Below are positions 1 through 10,237 of a DNA stretch of 64,000 nucleotides, piece after piece. Within the stretch, counting starts at the first letter, position 1. The number at the start of each line of letters is the position of its first letter. The DNA is taken from positions 108,781 through 172,780 of the forward strand of contig CAZSVL010000001.1 in NCBI GenBank assembly GCA_964610305.1, given 5' to 3'. This DNA comes from an uncultured Gammaproteobacteria bacterium. GTDB lineage: Bacteria > Patescibacteriota > Patescibacteriia > Magasanikbacterales > JBBTXJ01. The translations under genes and the position numbers were made by a program. The notes under the pieces were generated by a model that saw only the letters and a list, made by a program, of their open reading frames with translations, searched no databases and was not told where the DNA came from.

Positions 1-7
1 CTATAAT

Positions 8-1435
8 ATGGCCATGGCAACACTCGCCAGAAATACGGCCTTTATGACGGTAGCGGCAGTTGGGCAAAAGATCCTCTCTTTTGCCTATTTTACTTTTTTA
101 GCCCGTATGCTGGGCGCAGAGCTTACGGGAAAGTATTTTTTAGCATTATCATTTACTACTGTATTTGCTGTCCTTACGGATGCGGGATTAGCGCCCGCGC
201 TCTCAAGAGAGGTGGCTCGCAGCGCGGCAAAAGCACGTAGTTATCTGGCTACCATTTTAGGCCTCAAGGGCTTTTTTATGATTGGGGCATATGTGCTGGT
301 CGTAACTTCAGCTAATCTTTTGGGGTACCAAGCTGACACAAAGCAGCTTATATATCTCTCTGGTCTTACCATGTTGTTTGATTCTATCCATTTAAGCTTT
401 TATGCCACGCTAAGAGGCAAACAGATACTTAAATACGAATCTGTTGGAATGGTAGGAAGCCAACTGCTTACCCTATTAATAGGTACTGCCGCACTACTTA
501 CCGGAGCGCATTTACTGTGGCTCATAGCCGCCTTTACCATTGCAAGCGCCCTCAATGTGCTCTACAGCTTTACTATGCTTCAGAGAGAGGGTGTAGAGGT
601 GTCAGTTCGGTGGGATTGGGAATTAGGAAGAAAGATGTTGCTAATTGCGCTACCCTTTGGCTTGGCCGGAATATTCACACGTGTCTATTCCTTTGCGGAT
701 ACCATAATGCTTTCTAAACTCATGGATGAGGTGGCGGTTGGATGGTATAGCATTCCAAATAAAATTAGTTTTGCGTTTCAATTTTTGCCGCTAGCGCTCG
801 TAGCAGGTCTCTACCCACGCATTTCCGAGGCTTTTATAAAGGAAAAAAAGAAAGTAAGCAAACTTTTTGAGGACGCTGTTAGATATCTTGTTGTTTTAGT
901 TGTTCCTATCTCTGTAGGCATTGGAGTGCTTGCTAACGATATCATATACACGCTCTATACAGCAGAATATGATGCCTCTATTCTTCCACTCCAGATACTT
1001 TTGGCCAGTCTGGTGTTTGCTTTTTTGGGGTATCCTGTTGGAGCTGTGCTCAATGGTTGTAACAAGCAATCAACACAGACAAGTATTATGGGTTTGGCTA
1101 TGATTATTAATGTGTTGGGTAATTTTGTCATGATTCCTCAGTGGGGAGTAACCGGAGCTGCAATAGCTGCCTTTGTTGGAAACGCCGTTTTGTTTTTTGG
1201 TGGGTACTTTTTTTTGCACACAGTCACTACCGTGAGACATGACGTCTTGTGGCTTATAATTGGAAAAGGAGCTATCAGTGGGGCAGTAATGGGCGCTCTT
1301 GTTTGGTATGCACTGCATTATATGTCTTGGCCACTTACCATACCCCTGGGAGCCGTGGTATACTTAGTGTGTATTTTTTCACTTAAATTGGTGCAAAGAG
1401 AGGATCTTGCGCATCTAAAAAACAGATTTGGTTAA
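8..1435 (+). CDS. PST/MOP-family polysaccharide flippase (Wzx-like) polytopic membrane protein
   Basis: 475-aa ORF with many hydrophobic segments; N-terminal region resembles Polysacc_synt/Wzx flippases; first gene of a glycosyltransferase cluster; the ATG at 8 may not be the true start if the gene extends upstream. Confidence 0.75.
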   Translation: MAMATLARNTAFMTVAAVGQKILSFAYFTFLARMLGAELTGKYFLALSFTTVFAVLTDAGLAPALSREVARSAAKARSYLATILGLKGFFMIGAYVLVVTSANLLGYQADTKQLIYLSGLTMLFDSIHLSFYATLRGKQILKYESVGMVGSQLLTLLIGTAALLTGAHLLWLIAAFTIASALNVLYSFTMLQREGVEVSVRWDWELGRKMLLIALPFGLAGIFTRVYSFADTIMLSKLMDEVAVGWYSIPNKISFAFQFLPLALVAGLYPRISEAFIKEKKKVSKLFEDAVRYLVVLVVPISVGIGVLANDIIYTLYTAEYDASILPLQILLASLVFAFLGYPVGAVLNGCNKQSTQTSIMGLAMIINVLGNFVMIPQWGVTGAAIAAFVGNAVLFFGGYFFLHTVTTVRHDVLWLIIGKGAISGAVMGALVWYALHYMSWPLTIPLGAVVYLVCIFSLKLVQREDLAHLKNRFG

Positions 1436-1438
1436 TCT

Positions 1439-2674
1439 ATGCGTTTTTTACTTATAACCGTTGAATATCCACCTGACAAGGGTGGAATCTCTACGTACAT
1501 TAGAAATGAAGTAGAAGAGTTTAGGCGTGCCGGAGAAGAAGTGTGGGTGGTTGGAGAGCCGGTAAATGCAGAAAATTTTAAGAAACCCTCACCGTACGCA
1601 TCGGCCATTGTTCAGAAGCAGCAGAATGCAAAAATTGACGAGCTTAAAAAGATTGAGGAGGATAAGTATCTAAAACGCACACCGTTTTATTATAGATTAA
1701 TGAGGCCACGGTGGCTCAAACTCTTTTTTAAGGTCTATAGAGATGTTAAAAAAGGGGACTATGACTATCTGATAACACACCACGTATTGCCGGTTGGTCA
1801 GGTGTGCTACTTGATGAAGAAATTCAAGAAAGTACCATATGTTTTGCATATTCACGGTCTTGATGTCATGATGGCAAAACAGAGTAGATGGAAGCGTTGG
1901 TGGCTTAAGCGGATAATAAAAGAGGCAGAATTTGTCGTTGCTAACAGTGAGTTTGCCAAATCTGCTTTTGACGGATTCCCTGCAAAGAAAACACTGATTG
2001 TGTATCCATGTCCAAACCGCAACCTCATGGAGGTTCAGGTGAACAAGGATATGATGGACAATTTGCGCAATCAATATGTTTTGGGAAATCGTAAGGTGCT
2101 GCTGTCCGTTGCGCGGCTTGTGGAGCGTAAAGGTCTGCAGGCAATTGCGCAGGCACTTCCGGATATCATTGGCGAGGATCCAGATATTGTATGGTGTATT
2201 GTTGGAGTTGGGGACTACAGCGAGGAACTCGGCAAGATAATTGGTAAACACAGCACGCAATATGCAACACGGTTTATAGGTGGGCAAGATTGGGTAAGCC
2301 TAGCAGCATGGTTTTCCATGTGTGAGGTTTTTGCAATGCCCTCTATTGCCATACCACTGCCAAAGGGTGGAGTTGATGTAGAGGGGTGGGGGATTGTGTT
2401 TACAGAAGCAGCCTTTTTTGGAAAGCCAACTATAGCGGGTAATGCTGGCGGCAGCCCAGAGGCCATAGTGGATGGCAAAACCGGTATTTTGGTAGACGGA
2501 AACAACGTGGAACAGGTGAAGGCGGCAATTCTTAAGCTCATGGGAGATGAGAATTTAAGAAAACAATACGGAGCGGCTGGAAAGCAAAGAGTAGACACAG
2601 AATTTAGGTGGGACGTTCAGATGAAAAAAGTAATTGATGAGGTGCGCGCAAATGCTGCCGCCAGAAAGAAATAA
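1439..2674 (+). CDS. glycosyltransferase family 4 (GT-B fold)
   Basis: C-terminal motif FTEAAFFGKPTIAGNAGGSPEAIVDGKTGILVDG typical of GT4 retaining glycosyltransferases; lies 4 nt after the flippase stop. Confidence 0.85.
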   Translation: MRFLLITVEYPPDKGGISTYIRNEVEEFRRAGEEVWVVGEPVNAENFKKPSPYASAIVQKQQNAKIDELKKIEEDKYLKRTPFYYRLMRPRWLKLFFKVYRDVKKGDYDYLITHHVLPVGQVCYLMKKFKKVPYVLHIHGLDVMMAKQSRWKRWWLKRIIKEAEFVVANSEFAKSAFDGFPAKKTLIVYPCPNRNLMEVQVNKDMMDNLRNQYVLGNRKVLLSVARLVERKGLQAIAQALPDIIGEDPDIVWCIVGVGDYSEELGKIIGKHSTQYATRFIGGQDWVSLAAWFSMCEVFAMPSIAIPLPKGGVDVEGWGIVFTEAAFFGKPTIAGNAGGSPEAIVDGKTGILVDGNNVEQVKAAILKLMGDENLRKQYGAAGKQRVDTEFRWDVQMKKVIDEVRANAAARKK

Positions 2675-3384
2675 TGCTACAAATAGTAATACCAGTTTAC
2701 AATCATAGGGAGGCACTCAATGAGTGTCTTTCTTCTTTGAGTAGGCAAACCCTAGAGCCAGAGAAAATTGTGATAGTAGATGATGGATCTGAAGACGATC
2801 CTTCTGCCATCATTGAGAAATGGAAGGAAAAGTTGCCCATCTTTTTTATACGACAGGAAAATGCGGGAGCATGTGTAGCCAGAAACAGGGGATTTGACGA
2901 GTGCTCTTCGCAAGAGGGGGACTATGTAATGTTTTGCGATGCTGATGTAGTGATGAAAGAAGATTGTCTTGAAAAGATGAAAAAGGCGCTAGATGACAAT
3001 CAGGAGGTGTCGTTCTCCTATAGCTCTTTTATGTTTGGATTCAAAAAATTCAGATGCGGACCCTTTAGGGCTGAGCGCTTGAAAAAAATGCCCTTTATTA
3101 CTACGACTAGCCTCATCCGCGCTCATCATTTTCCTGGTTTTGATGAATCGCTCAACAAGTTTCAGGATTGGGATTTGTGGCTTACTATGCTCTCGCGCGG
3201 GCATCCGGGCATATGGGTAGATGAAGTGCTTTTTAGTGCAACACCAAGAAAAACCGGCATGAGCACGTGGTTACCTTCTTTTCTTTACAAAATTCCGTGG
3301 CCTCTTTTTGGCTATACACCAAAAGAAATAAAAAAATACCGCGCTGGGTTCGAGATAATTGTCGCCAAGCACGCCTTGCATTAA
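2674..3384 (+). CDS. glycosyltransferase family 2
   Basis: N-terminal VIPVYNHREALNECLSSL...IVIVDDGSEDD (GT-A DxD region); start overlaps the GT4 stop (ATGA). Confidence 0.85.
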   Translation: MLQIVIPVYNHREALNECLSSLSRQTLEPEKIVIVDDGSEDDPSAIIEKWKEKLPIFFIRQENAGACVARNRGFDECSSQEGDYVMFCDADVVMKEDCLEKMKKALDDNQEVSFSYSSFMFGFKKFRCGPFRAERLKKMPFITTTSLIRAHHFPGFDESLNKFQDWDLWLTMLSRGHPGIWVDEVLFSATPRKTGMSTWLPSFLYKIPWPLFGYTPKEIKKYRAGFEIIVAKHALH

Positions 3385-3399
3385 AAAACATTCAATTTT

Positions 3400-4782
3400 C
3401 TATCTTTTGTCTAAACGCTTGGACGAAAAAATAGTCGAGATAATAACTACTCCGTAGACGTGAAATAGTGCTGGTGTGGTTAGTGTAACAGAAAAAAGAA
3501 ATACAAGTGACGAGATGGCAAAAGGGCTGTTTTTTACGGACCAGGCGCCTGTGAATAGCAGCGCAAGTAGAGCAATTCCAACCATCAGTCCAAATTCAAC
3601 AAAAATTTCTAGGTATCCCCAATCTAAATGGGGAGTGGTAAGCTTCTTCTCAAAAAAAGGATTGTAGTAGGTGACCGTTGAGCCAAGACCTTCTCCAAGG
3701 ATTGGTCTTGTTTTTATTTTATCTATAAGATGAGGGAGTATGGCACCGCGCGCGCTTGCGCTGGCCTCTGACTGCGGATCAACAATTCCCTGGGCCTGCC
3801 CAAAAAGAAATTCAAATCCGTAGGATTGTCCAAGAGAGGATAAGAGATTTGCTCCAGTGTATATAGCAATAGAAGACAGGCCAATGATAACCAGCGTATT
3901 AACGGCCTTTTTGAGGCCAATTTTTGAGTAAAAAGCAAAAACTAGTGTTGCGGGAATAAGCGCCAGAAAATACATGCGAGAGAAATTTATGGCCGGAACT
4001 ACAAGGATAAGCAATAGCAGAATATAGGCCGCTCTTTTTGTCAGTTTATTACTTTTATAAAGCAAATGATAAACAGCAGCCGGCACCAAAGCAGTCAAAA
4101 GCAAATGAAGCGGGGTAACAATTCTGTAAAAGCCGTTTCCTGTGCTCGTTATTTTGCCCGCCACCACATCACGGAACCATTTGTACAGCGGCTCCTGAAG
4201 CAGTACTGTCTCTGAAGAAAACAAATAAAGCATGGCTGTAGACAAGAGTGCCGCGCCTACAAAAGAAGCAATAATCGCAGAGCTGGCGACAGGAGGTAGC
4301 GACTTCCATTTTTTTAAGAGGGATCTAAAGGGATAAAATGAAAGTAAATAGGCAAAAGGAACAGCATCGGCAATAACGGATTTGTTCTGATGACCTTGCA
4401 TCCAGCCATTGTAGACTGCAAATAAGACAAACAGTAAAACCAAACCTATCCCGCTCTTGAAAGGAGTTTTTAGCTGCTGCTTTAAGCTACCTTCCTTCAG
4501 GGCTCCATAGAGCCAGCCAAGCAGCGCAAGGGCTAGAAGCGATAATCTAAGGGATATATCGTGCCACTCAAACAAATGGCCGCTGGAGTCTAGTAGGAGA
4601 TTCAAAATGAGCGGCAGAGCAGCAAGAGAAGGTTTGTAAAAAACAAAAAAAGCAGAAGCCCCCAGTAGTATAAGGAAAAAAATAGGGGAGAGCGAGGGAT
4701 CAAAATAGGCCCACAGAGAAAAAGTGTGCAGCAAGCCAAAAGCGGCAACAAAAAAAGCGATTATTCGCAGATTAAGATTCAT
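3400..4782 (-). CDS. O-antigen ligase/polymerase-like polytopic membrane protein
   Basis: 460-aa ORF with about 10-12 predicted TM segments and a large loop, convergent with the GT cluster; family assignment tentative. Confidence 0.55.
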   Translation of the reverse strand: MNLNLRIIAFFVAAFGLLHTFSLWAYFDPSLSPIFFLILLGASAFFVFYKPSLAALPLILNLLLDSSGHLFEWHDISLRLSLLALALLGWLYGALKEGSLKQQLKTPFKSGIGLVLLFVLFAVYNGWMQGHQNKSVIADAVPFAYLLSFYPFRSLLKKWKSLPPVASSAIIASFVGAALLSTAMLYLFSSETVLLQEPLYKWFRDVVAGKITSTGNGFYRIVTPLHLLLTALVPAAVYHLLYKSNKLTKRAAYILLLLILVVPAINFSRMYFLALIPATLVFAFYSKIGLKKAVNTLVIIGLSSIAIYTGANLLSSLGQSYGFEFLFGQAQGIVDPQSEASASARGAILPHLIDKIKTRPILGEGLGSTVTYYNPFFEKKLTTPHLDWGYLEIFVEFGLMVGIALLALLFTGAWSVKNSPFAISSLVFLFSVTLTTPALFHVYGVVIISTIFSSKRLDKR

Positions 4783-4786
4783 GATT

Positions 4787-5704
4787 CTATTTTAACACGC
4801 TCCCGACTAAATCAGAATGACCCCTCAAAAAATCAGTGGCAGGCAGATTTTTTTTTCCGGAGAGTTGGAGACGATCAACTAATATGCTGCCATCGCCACA
4901 CGCAACATAGAGATTCTCTGAGCTGTCAACAAATACGGTGCCGGGAGGCTTGTTGGTTTGGTCTGCCTCGCGGATGTCTGATAATTTCAGTAGTTTTTCT
5001 TTAAAATGAGTATAAACGCCAGGCCATTTTGCATAGGCTCGCCACATATTACTAATATTTTTTGCAGGAGACGTCCAGTCAATAAGACCATCTTGCTTAG
5101 CTATTTTAGAACAAAAGGTTGCCTTAGAGTGATCTTGGGCGGTGGCAGAAATGGTACTTTCAAGCCATGGCTTGATATTTTTTGTCAGCAGTTCTGCGCC
5201 AAGTCTGCCCAGCTTGGCTTCTAGCGTAACATAGGTTTCCTCTTCATAAATTGAGAAGCTTGATTGTGCAATGATAGGGCCGTGGTCCAGCTCCTCATCT
5301 AAAAGCATAATAGTGACGCCCGTCACATCTTTGCCATCCAAAAGAGCGGTTTGGATTGGTGTGGCGCCCCTATATTCCGGCAGAAGTGACGGATGGACAT
5401 TGAGTATTCCTCTGTCGGGAGTTTCTAGCACAGAAGGTGGAATGAGTAGGCCGTATTCCGCGACAATATAGAGCACGCTCCCGAAGGATCGTAACTGCTC
5501 TTGCGCTTTGACATCTAGTTTTTCATACTGTAGAACTTTCAGCTCATGCTTTTGCGCCAGCCGCTTGATAGGCGGTGCTTGTAGTTTTTTTCCTCGGCCA
5601 GCGGGCTTGTCCGGCTGCGTTACAATTGCATCAAATGAAAAACCGCTCTCAAGTAATTCTGAGAGCACGGTGCATGCCAGATTGCCGGTACCAAAGAAGA
5701 TCAT
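4787..5704 (-). CDS. fmt: methionyl-tRNA formyltransferase
   Basis: MIFFGTGNLA...HPSLLPEYRGATPIQTALLDG formyltransferase core; overlaps def by 4 nt. Confidence 0.9.
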   Translation of the reverse strand: MIFFGTGNLACTVLSELLESGFSFDAIVTQPDKPAGRGKKLQAPPIKRLAQKHELKVLQYEKLDVKAQEQLRSFGSVLYIVAEYGLLIPPSVLETPDRGILNVHPSLLPEYRGATPIQTALLDGKDVTGVTIMLLDEELDHGPIIAQSSFSIYEEETYVTLEAKLGRLGAELLTKNIKPWLESTISATAQDHSKATFCSKIAKQDGLIDWTSPAKNISNMWRAYAKWPGVYTHFKEKLLKLSDIREADQTNKPPGTVFVDSSENLYVACGDGSILVDRLQLSGKKNLPATDFLRGHSDLVGSVLK

Positions 5705-6237
5705 GTTGTGGGGTAAGAAGGAATTGTTTTAGATTGCTTTATGTCTCTTGCTTTGTCAATAAAAAGTGTTCCATCTAGATGGTCAATTTCGTGTTGAAAA
5801 ACGCGCGCCAAAAAATCTGTCACTACAAAAGCGTGTTTTTTTCCGTCTGGTGTAATAAATCGTACTTGAATAGTAAGGTGCCTATCTACATCTCCCCATT
5901 TGCCCAGCACTGATAAGCAGCCCTCCTGAGCTGTTTCTTTATCGGTGCTCAGAGGTATAAAAGTTGGGTTTATAATTACCAAATCTTTTCTTTTTGGCAA
6001 TGGAAAGGGCTCGCTGGTTTGTTTTAATGCTTGCTTGCCAATGATGGCCATTCTAATGTTTTTTCCAATTTGCGGAGCTGCAATACCTATACCATCATCT
6101 TTATACATAGTGTGGATCATGTTGCGTATCAGTTGCTTAAATTCTTTGCTTTTAAGCTGATCTTCAGATACCTCAACACTACGCTCATGGAGCGATTTAT
6201 TTTTTGGATACGTGGTTATGGGTAGTTGAGTTTTCAT
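5701..6237 (-). CDS. def: peptide deformylase
   Basis: GIGIAAPQIG, EGCLS and HEIDHLDG metal-binding motifs. Confidence 0.9.
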   Translation of the reverse strand: MKTQLPITTYPKNKSLHERSVEVSEDQLKSKEFKQLIRNMIHTMYKDDGIGIAAPQIGKNIRMAIIGKQALKQTSEPFPLPKRKDLVIINPTFIPLSTDKETAQEGCLSVLGKWGDVDRHLTIQVRFITPDGKKHAFVVTDFLARVFQHEIDHLDGTLFIDKARDIKQSKTIPSYPTT

Positions 6238-8036
6238 TAGCTTAGAAGTGCAATAGGGTCTACATCTATTTTGATTCCGCGCGGCAGTGAAAGCTGGTTT
6301 AGGAGATCTGCCAGAATTTCTTTATTCTCTGCTCTAATCAGTAAAACGGCGCCATATTTTCCTCTTTTTATGAGAGGGTGCGATACGTACGGCAGTGTGA
6401 CTATAACGTTTTTTTCTCTAGCCGTCAATTTTGAGGCAGACTCTGCTACAGATCTTAGCTTAGAGAGCGCCATGCCGGTGCTGGCTTCCCAGAGCGACAA
6501 TTTAAGCATGCTTGAGTACGGAGGATAACCCAGTTTTTCTCTGATATGGAGCTCTCTTGAGTACCAAAATTGTGGAGGCTTATCAGTGAGTGATCTAAGA
6601 ATTGCTCTTTGAGGTTCTCTTGTTTGAACAAGAAGGGGACTGCGAGCTGGCATCATGTACTGAATTTCCCTTGCTAGACTGAAAAATTCCTCACTTGCTC
6701 TGTGCTCCGGAATTCCCAACATGCCGTCAGCATCTACTATGCAGACGAAAGCCAAATCTGTCCACGGTGTGCATGCAAGGGCAGCCGACGTACCAATCAG
6801 CACATGAGGGTGCGTTGCTGGTTTGGGGGTATCTGTATCACCATCTACTCGGATAATCGGCAGTATATCCAAAGCACTAACGGCTGAGGCAACATGTTGA
6901 CTGCCTGGACTGTGGAATTTTTGTGCTACTCCACCGCAATTGGGGCAAAGTTCTGGCGGTTTATAGATTCTATTGCATGGGTGGCAGTCAAGCGTCTGCG
7001 TGTCTGCATGATAAATAAGGGGTAGTAGGCATATGGCGCACTGCTCGGCTCTTCCGCATTGCGCGCATTTAACCAGAGAAAAAGAGCCGCGTTTGTGAGT
7101 AATTATAAGACCGCTTTTGCCGTGACTCTTTGCCTGTCTGATGTGCTCAATGAGGTCATCGCTAAGTACGGAGAAATTTTTTCTTTGGTACTCCTGTTTT
7201 TGGTCAATGAGAATTACTGCCTTTTTTGGCGGCAAATGCATGAGCTGGTGATTTTTTAATTTGCGTGCGCTTTTTATGCTCGGCGTGTGGCTGGCGAGGG
7301 TGAGTTGGCAGGGGAGTGAGAGAGCGAGTGACTGAGCTACCTCTGCGCTGTGGTACCGTGGCGCTTGATCCCAATTTTTGTGATGTGCGTTGTGTTCAAA
7401 ATCTACAATTATGCGCTCTAGATTTAGAAATGGCAGAAATACTGCAGCTCTTGTTCCTACTACGGTTTGAGCCTGCCCATTTCTGATTTTAAAGTAGGCT
7501 TCAAATTTTTGTTTTTGTGTGAGGTTGGAGTGAAAGTATAGATCTGCCTTCCACTGCTCTAGATGCCGATGCTCAGGAACAATTATAAGTGTCTGGCCAT
7601 GGCTTGACCTTTTTTCATTCCACGCCTTTTTCTGGTCTTGCCTCTGGTACCAGAGATAGGATCGTTTATATTCATATTTTGAGTCGCAATAGTGTTCCAA
7701 TTCCTGCGAGGCGAGTTTCCTGCGTTGAAGAGGGGGACACATGGATGATAGTATTGGGCCAATGGGAGCGCCATATGTAGCGCTTATCTGCTGCGCAAGC
7801 TTAAGATAAGTATCAGACAAAAGAGGCGTGTCCCAGACCGCCTCCTTAATGCTTGCTAGTTTATCCTCAGGAATATCGGGCTTTCCCCGTATATTAAGAA
7901 CAATTCCAAAAATCTCACTCCGACGGAACGGAATTTTAACAAGCGAACCTGGCTGCACGCTAAAATCAATTTTATAATCCAGGATGGAGAAATTGTTCGG
8001 CAAGCGCCTCAGTGGCGCTACTTTTGCAAATTTCAT
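6237..8036 (-). CDS. priA: primosomal protein N' (PriA) homologue with degenerate helicase motifs
   Basis: PriA-type Cys-rich zinc region CAQCGRAEQCAICL...CHPCN...CPNCG; alignable TLIIVPEHRHLEQW and VVGTRAAVFLPFLNLERIIVDFEHN blocks, but no GxGKT Walker A and DFEH in place of DEEH; conserved priA-def-fmt arrangement. Confidence 0.75.
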   Translation of the reverse strand: MKFAKVAPLRRLPNNFSILDYKIDFSVQPGSLVKIPFRRSEIFGIVLNIRGKPDIPEDKLASIKEAVWDTPLLSDTYLKLAQQISATYGAPIGPILSSMCPPLQRRKLASQELEHYCDSKYEYKRSYLWYQRQDQKKAWNEKRSSHGQTLIIVPEHRHLEQWKADLYFHSNLTQKQKFEAYFKIRNGQAQTVVGTRAAVFLPFLNLERIIVDFEHNAHHKNWDQAPRYHSAEVAQSLALSLPCQLTLASHTPSIKSARKLKNHQLMHLPPKKAVILIDQKQEYQRKNFSVLSDDLIEHIRQAKSHGKSGLIITHKRGSFSLVKCAQCGRAEQCAICLLPLIYHADTQTLDCHPCNRIYKPPELCPNCGGVAQKFHSPGSQHVASAVSALDILPIIRVDGDTDTPKPATHPHVLIGTSAALACTPWTDLAFVCIVDADGMLGIPEHRASEEFFSLAREIQYMMPARSPLLVQTREPQRAILRSLTDKPPQFWYSRELHIREKLGYPPYSSMLKLSLWEASTGMALSKLRSVAESASKLTAREKNVIVTLPYVSHPLIKRGKYGAVLLIRAENKEILADLLNQLSLPRGIKIDVDPIALLS

Positions 8037-9373
8037 TCTATGTTAGGTCCGGTTGGGTGAATCTTTAAGCTTAATCTGTCCACGGTTTGAATATTCTCCC
8101 ATTTCCAGCCAAGATTTTCAAATATTTCAGCCGTGGGTATGGTGCGCTTGGTACCGTCTGAAATTACGTACACGGTATTTTCTTCCGCGGCTTTTACGAG
8201 CGACCCATCTTTGAATTTAAGCGGTGGGACTAATTTGAAGGACTGTAGCTGATCGGCCGCGATGTCTACCACATTTTGTCCTCTAAAACGATTTTCAATT
8301 ATTGAATCGCTCATGATAACAGATTTTTCGCCATTGTGAACGTAGTACCGATCACCGCTAACAGGGCTTCTAACCACAGCGCCAAGAGGGAACAAGTCTA
8401 AATCAGAGATGAATCTGCCGTTATCATACTCTGAGAGTTCGTCATCTGTGGCAGCGATAACCTCGTCTGGGTGATATCCTAATTGCTTGAATGTTTTCTC
8501 CGTTAAAAAGGGACGCTTTACATCGTCAACCAGTAAAAATTTCATCCCATTTTTGGATTGCACTAAGGAGTAGTTAGAAAATTTTATCATCGCACCTTCT
8601 TCAAACTGCTCAAGCTCGTGCGGCGGAACCTCTAGAACATCCTTAAGCTGACTTCTGCTTAAAAACACGCCCATGCTTGAAAATTTGTGCCGCTTATCTC
8701 CCTTGATAAGCCAAAGATTATTGTTGTTAGCAATTTTGAGGACTACGCCGTTGGGATAAGTGCGCGACCACCATTTCTGCCAAATTGACCACAGGTTTTT
8801 ATTGCCGTGGATGTGAGGTGTGTAAATATATTGGTTTGCCGTTGCCTGGTTTGCGGGTTTTACCCGCTGTCCGTCTATCGTAGTGGCTATACCTTTTTTT
8901 ACTGAAAAACGCGACGGGTTTTCAATATAAAATCGGTTGGCGCCAGCTCCGGCGTCTACCTGTTTTCCAAAGCCTTTATATTTTTGTATAGAGGGATCAG
9001 AGAGTGAGCAGTCATCACAGACCGCGTATCCCGTCGCCCAATCTAGTGCCTTGGTAGATGGATTTCCTCGTCTTTCAATAAGGCTCTGTTCCTTTTGCAA
9101 AAGTACTAGCAGATATTGAGGATTAATGGAGTATTCCTTGGCCGCATTATAAATTATTTGCGACGCTTTCATGACAAGGTTATTGTGATCCGCCGTTTTA
9201 TAGGTGGCCAAAAAACTATTCTTAGTCTCTAAAAATGCCTGAATCGCACTTTGCGTCATGCTTCTGTGATTGGTAAGCTGCTGATCTGAAATCAAAAAAT
9301 TAGGGTCAAATTCTGCGGCGTTTACTACTGCGGGTAACATTAAAAGTCCAATCAGGAGGATTATTTTTTTCAT
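8033..9373 (-). CDS. secreted hypothetical protein (N-terminal signal peptide)
   Basis: MKKIILLIGLLMLPAVVNAAEF signal peptide; overlaps the priA stop by 4 nt, so co-operonic; no recognisable catalytic motif. Confidence 0.55.
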   Translation of the reverse strand: MKKIILLIGLLMLPAVVNAAEFDPNFLISDQQLTNHRSMTQSAIQAFLETKNSFLATYKTADHNNLVMKASQIIYNAAKEYSINPQYLLVLLQKEQSLIERRGNPSTKALDWATGYAVCDDCSLSDPSIQKYKGFGKQVDAGAGANRFYIENPSRFSVKKGIATTIDGQRVKPANQATANQYIYTPHIHGNKNLWSIWQKWWSRTYPNGVVLKIANNNNLWLIKGDKRHKFSSMGVFLSRSQLKDVLEVPPHELEQFEEGAMIKFSNYSLVQSKNGMKFLLVDDVKRPFLTEKTFKQLGYHPDEVIAATDDELSEYDNGRFISDLDLFPLGAVVRSPVSGDRYYVHNGEKSVIMSDSIIENRFRGQNVVDIAADQLQSFKLVPPLKFKDGSLVKAAEENTVYVISDGTKRTIPTAEIFENLGWKWENIQTVDRLSLKIHPTGPNIE

Positions 9374-9408
9374 GGGAGTAGTATATCATGAGTATACGCT
9401 AGCATCCA

Positions 9409-9437
9409 TTGACAAAAAGTCAAAATTGTGTTACTCT
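9409..9437 (+). promoter_or_regulatory. sigma70-type promoter (TTGACA-17-TACTCT with TGT extension)
   Basis: ttgaca at 9409-9414, 17-nt spacer, tactct at 9432-9437; followed by SD aggagg (9451-9456) and ATG at 9461. Confidence 0.55.
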
Positions 9438-9460
9438 ATCTGGTTGAAAAAGGAGGATAC

Positions 9461-10195
9461 ATGAACGCTCAAATTGAAGCTCTTGTCGCTCAGTGTGTGG
9501 CAAACGGCAAGATGGATCAGGCTGTTGCCGCCTCTCAGCTTAGAAGCGTACCGGGGCTGCGTCTAAGAGAAATTAGGAAGTTGGCCTTGCGCAGAGCGCG
9601 CAGCGCTTGGGTTGACGGAGTGTTGCAGGTTGCTAAGCTCAGAATAGAGATGGCACAAGGAGTCATTGAAAATCTGCATAAGCAGATGCGAGAGCTAGGC
9701 GGCTTTGATAGCGACTTTGACAAAAAGGACGAGTGGCTTAGAAGCAAGAGGCCCGCTGCATGGGCGGATCTGCAGACGTGTCCAGAGCTGCGGCAAATCA
9801 GAGAAAACTATTTTGCCGTAAAAGATCTTAAGAAACGATTAGAAAAGAATAAGGGCGTGACCCCAGAAGAGGCTGACCAGCTTATTGTTAGTTGCGTGCC
9901 GTTGCAACGCATTGATCAGGCTCTGCGCGCTAGCGCATTGGGCGCCTCTGCACGGGGAAACAGTTTTCTTGTCGTGGAGCTTATCTCAGATAGGCATAAG
10001 CGCTACAACGATGCTGCAGCGGTAGCAAGGCGCGGAGTAGCCAGAGAGGTGCTGGACGCTCTGATTGCTGCGTGCGTAAACGCAGGGGCCGTAGAAGTTG
10101 CCGTGGGTGTGGCGCAGATGCGTTCGGCGAGTGGCTTAACAACCAATGAGCTTGCAGCTCTAACGCAAGCATGCTCGGAGCGGGCACAGCAGTAA
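9461..10195 (+). CDS. hypothetical Ala-rich protein
   Basis: ORF-track 9428 (GTG) to 10195; internal ATG at 9461 sits 5 nt after a strong SD and is the likely start; moderately GC-rich; no recognised domain. Confidence 0.5.
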   Translation: MNAQIEALVAQCVANGKMDQAVAASQLRSVPGLRLREIRKLALRRARSAWVDGVLQVAKLRIEMAQGVIENLHKQMRELGGFDSDFDKKDEWLRSKRPAAWADLQTCPELRQIRENYFAVKDLKKRLEKNKGVTPEEADQLIVSCVPLQRIDQALRASALGASARGNSFLVVELISDRHKRYNDAAAVARRGVAREVLDALIAACVNAGAVEVAVGVAQMRSASGLTTNELAALTQACSERAQQ

Positions 10196-10237
10196 ATAAA
10201 AAACCAGGTCGGTTTGGTGCGACCTGGTCTTTTTTTA
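10196..10237. terminator. bidirectional intrinsic terminator between convergent genes
   Basis: hairpin accaggtcg (10203-10211) / cgacctggt (10220-10228) flanked by an A-run upstream and a T-run (10229-10236) downstream. Confidence 0.65.

Noticed and set aside
517-1318. Internal short ORFs 517..717(+), 921..1103(+), 1070..1318(-) and similar within the first kilobases
   Set aside because: Embedded in or antisense to the flippase and GT genes; no independent support.
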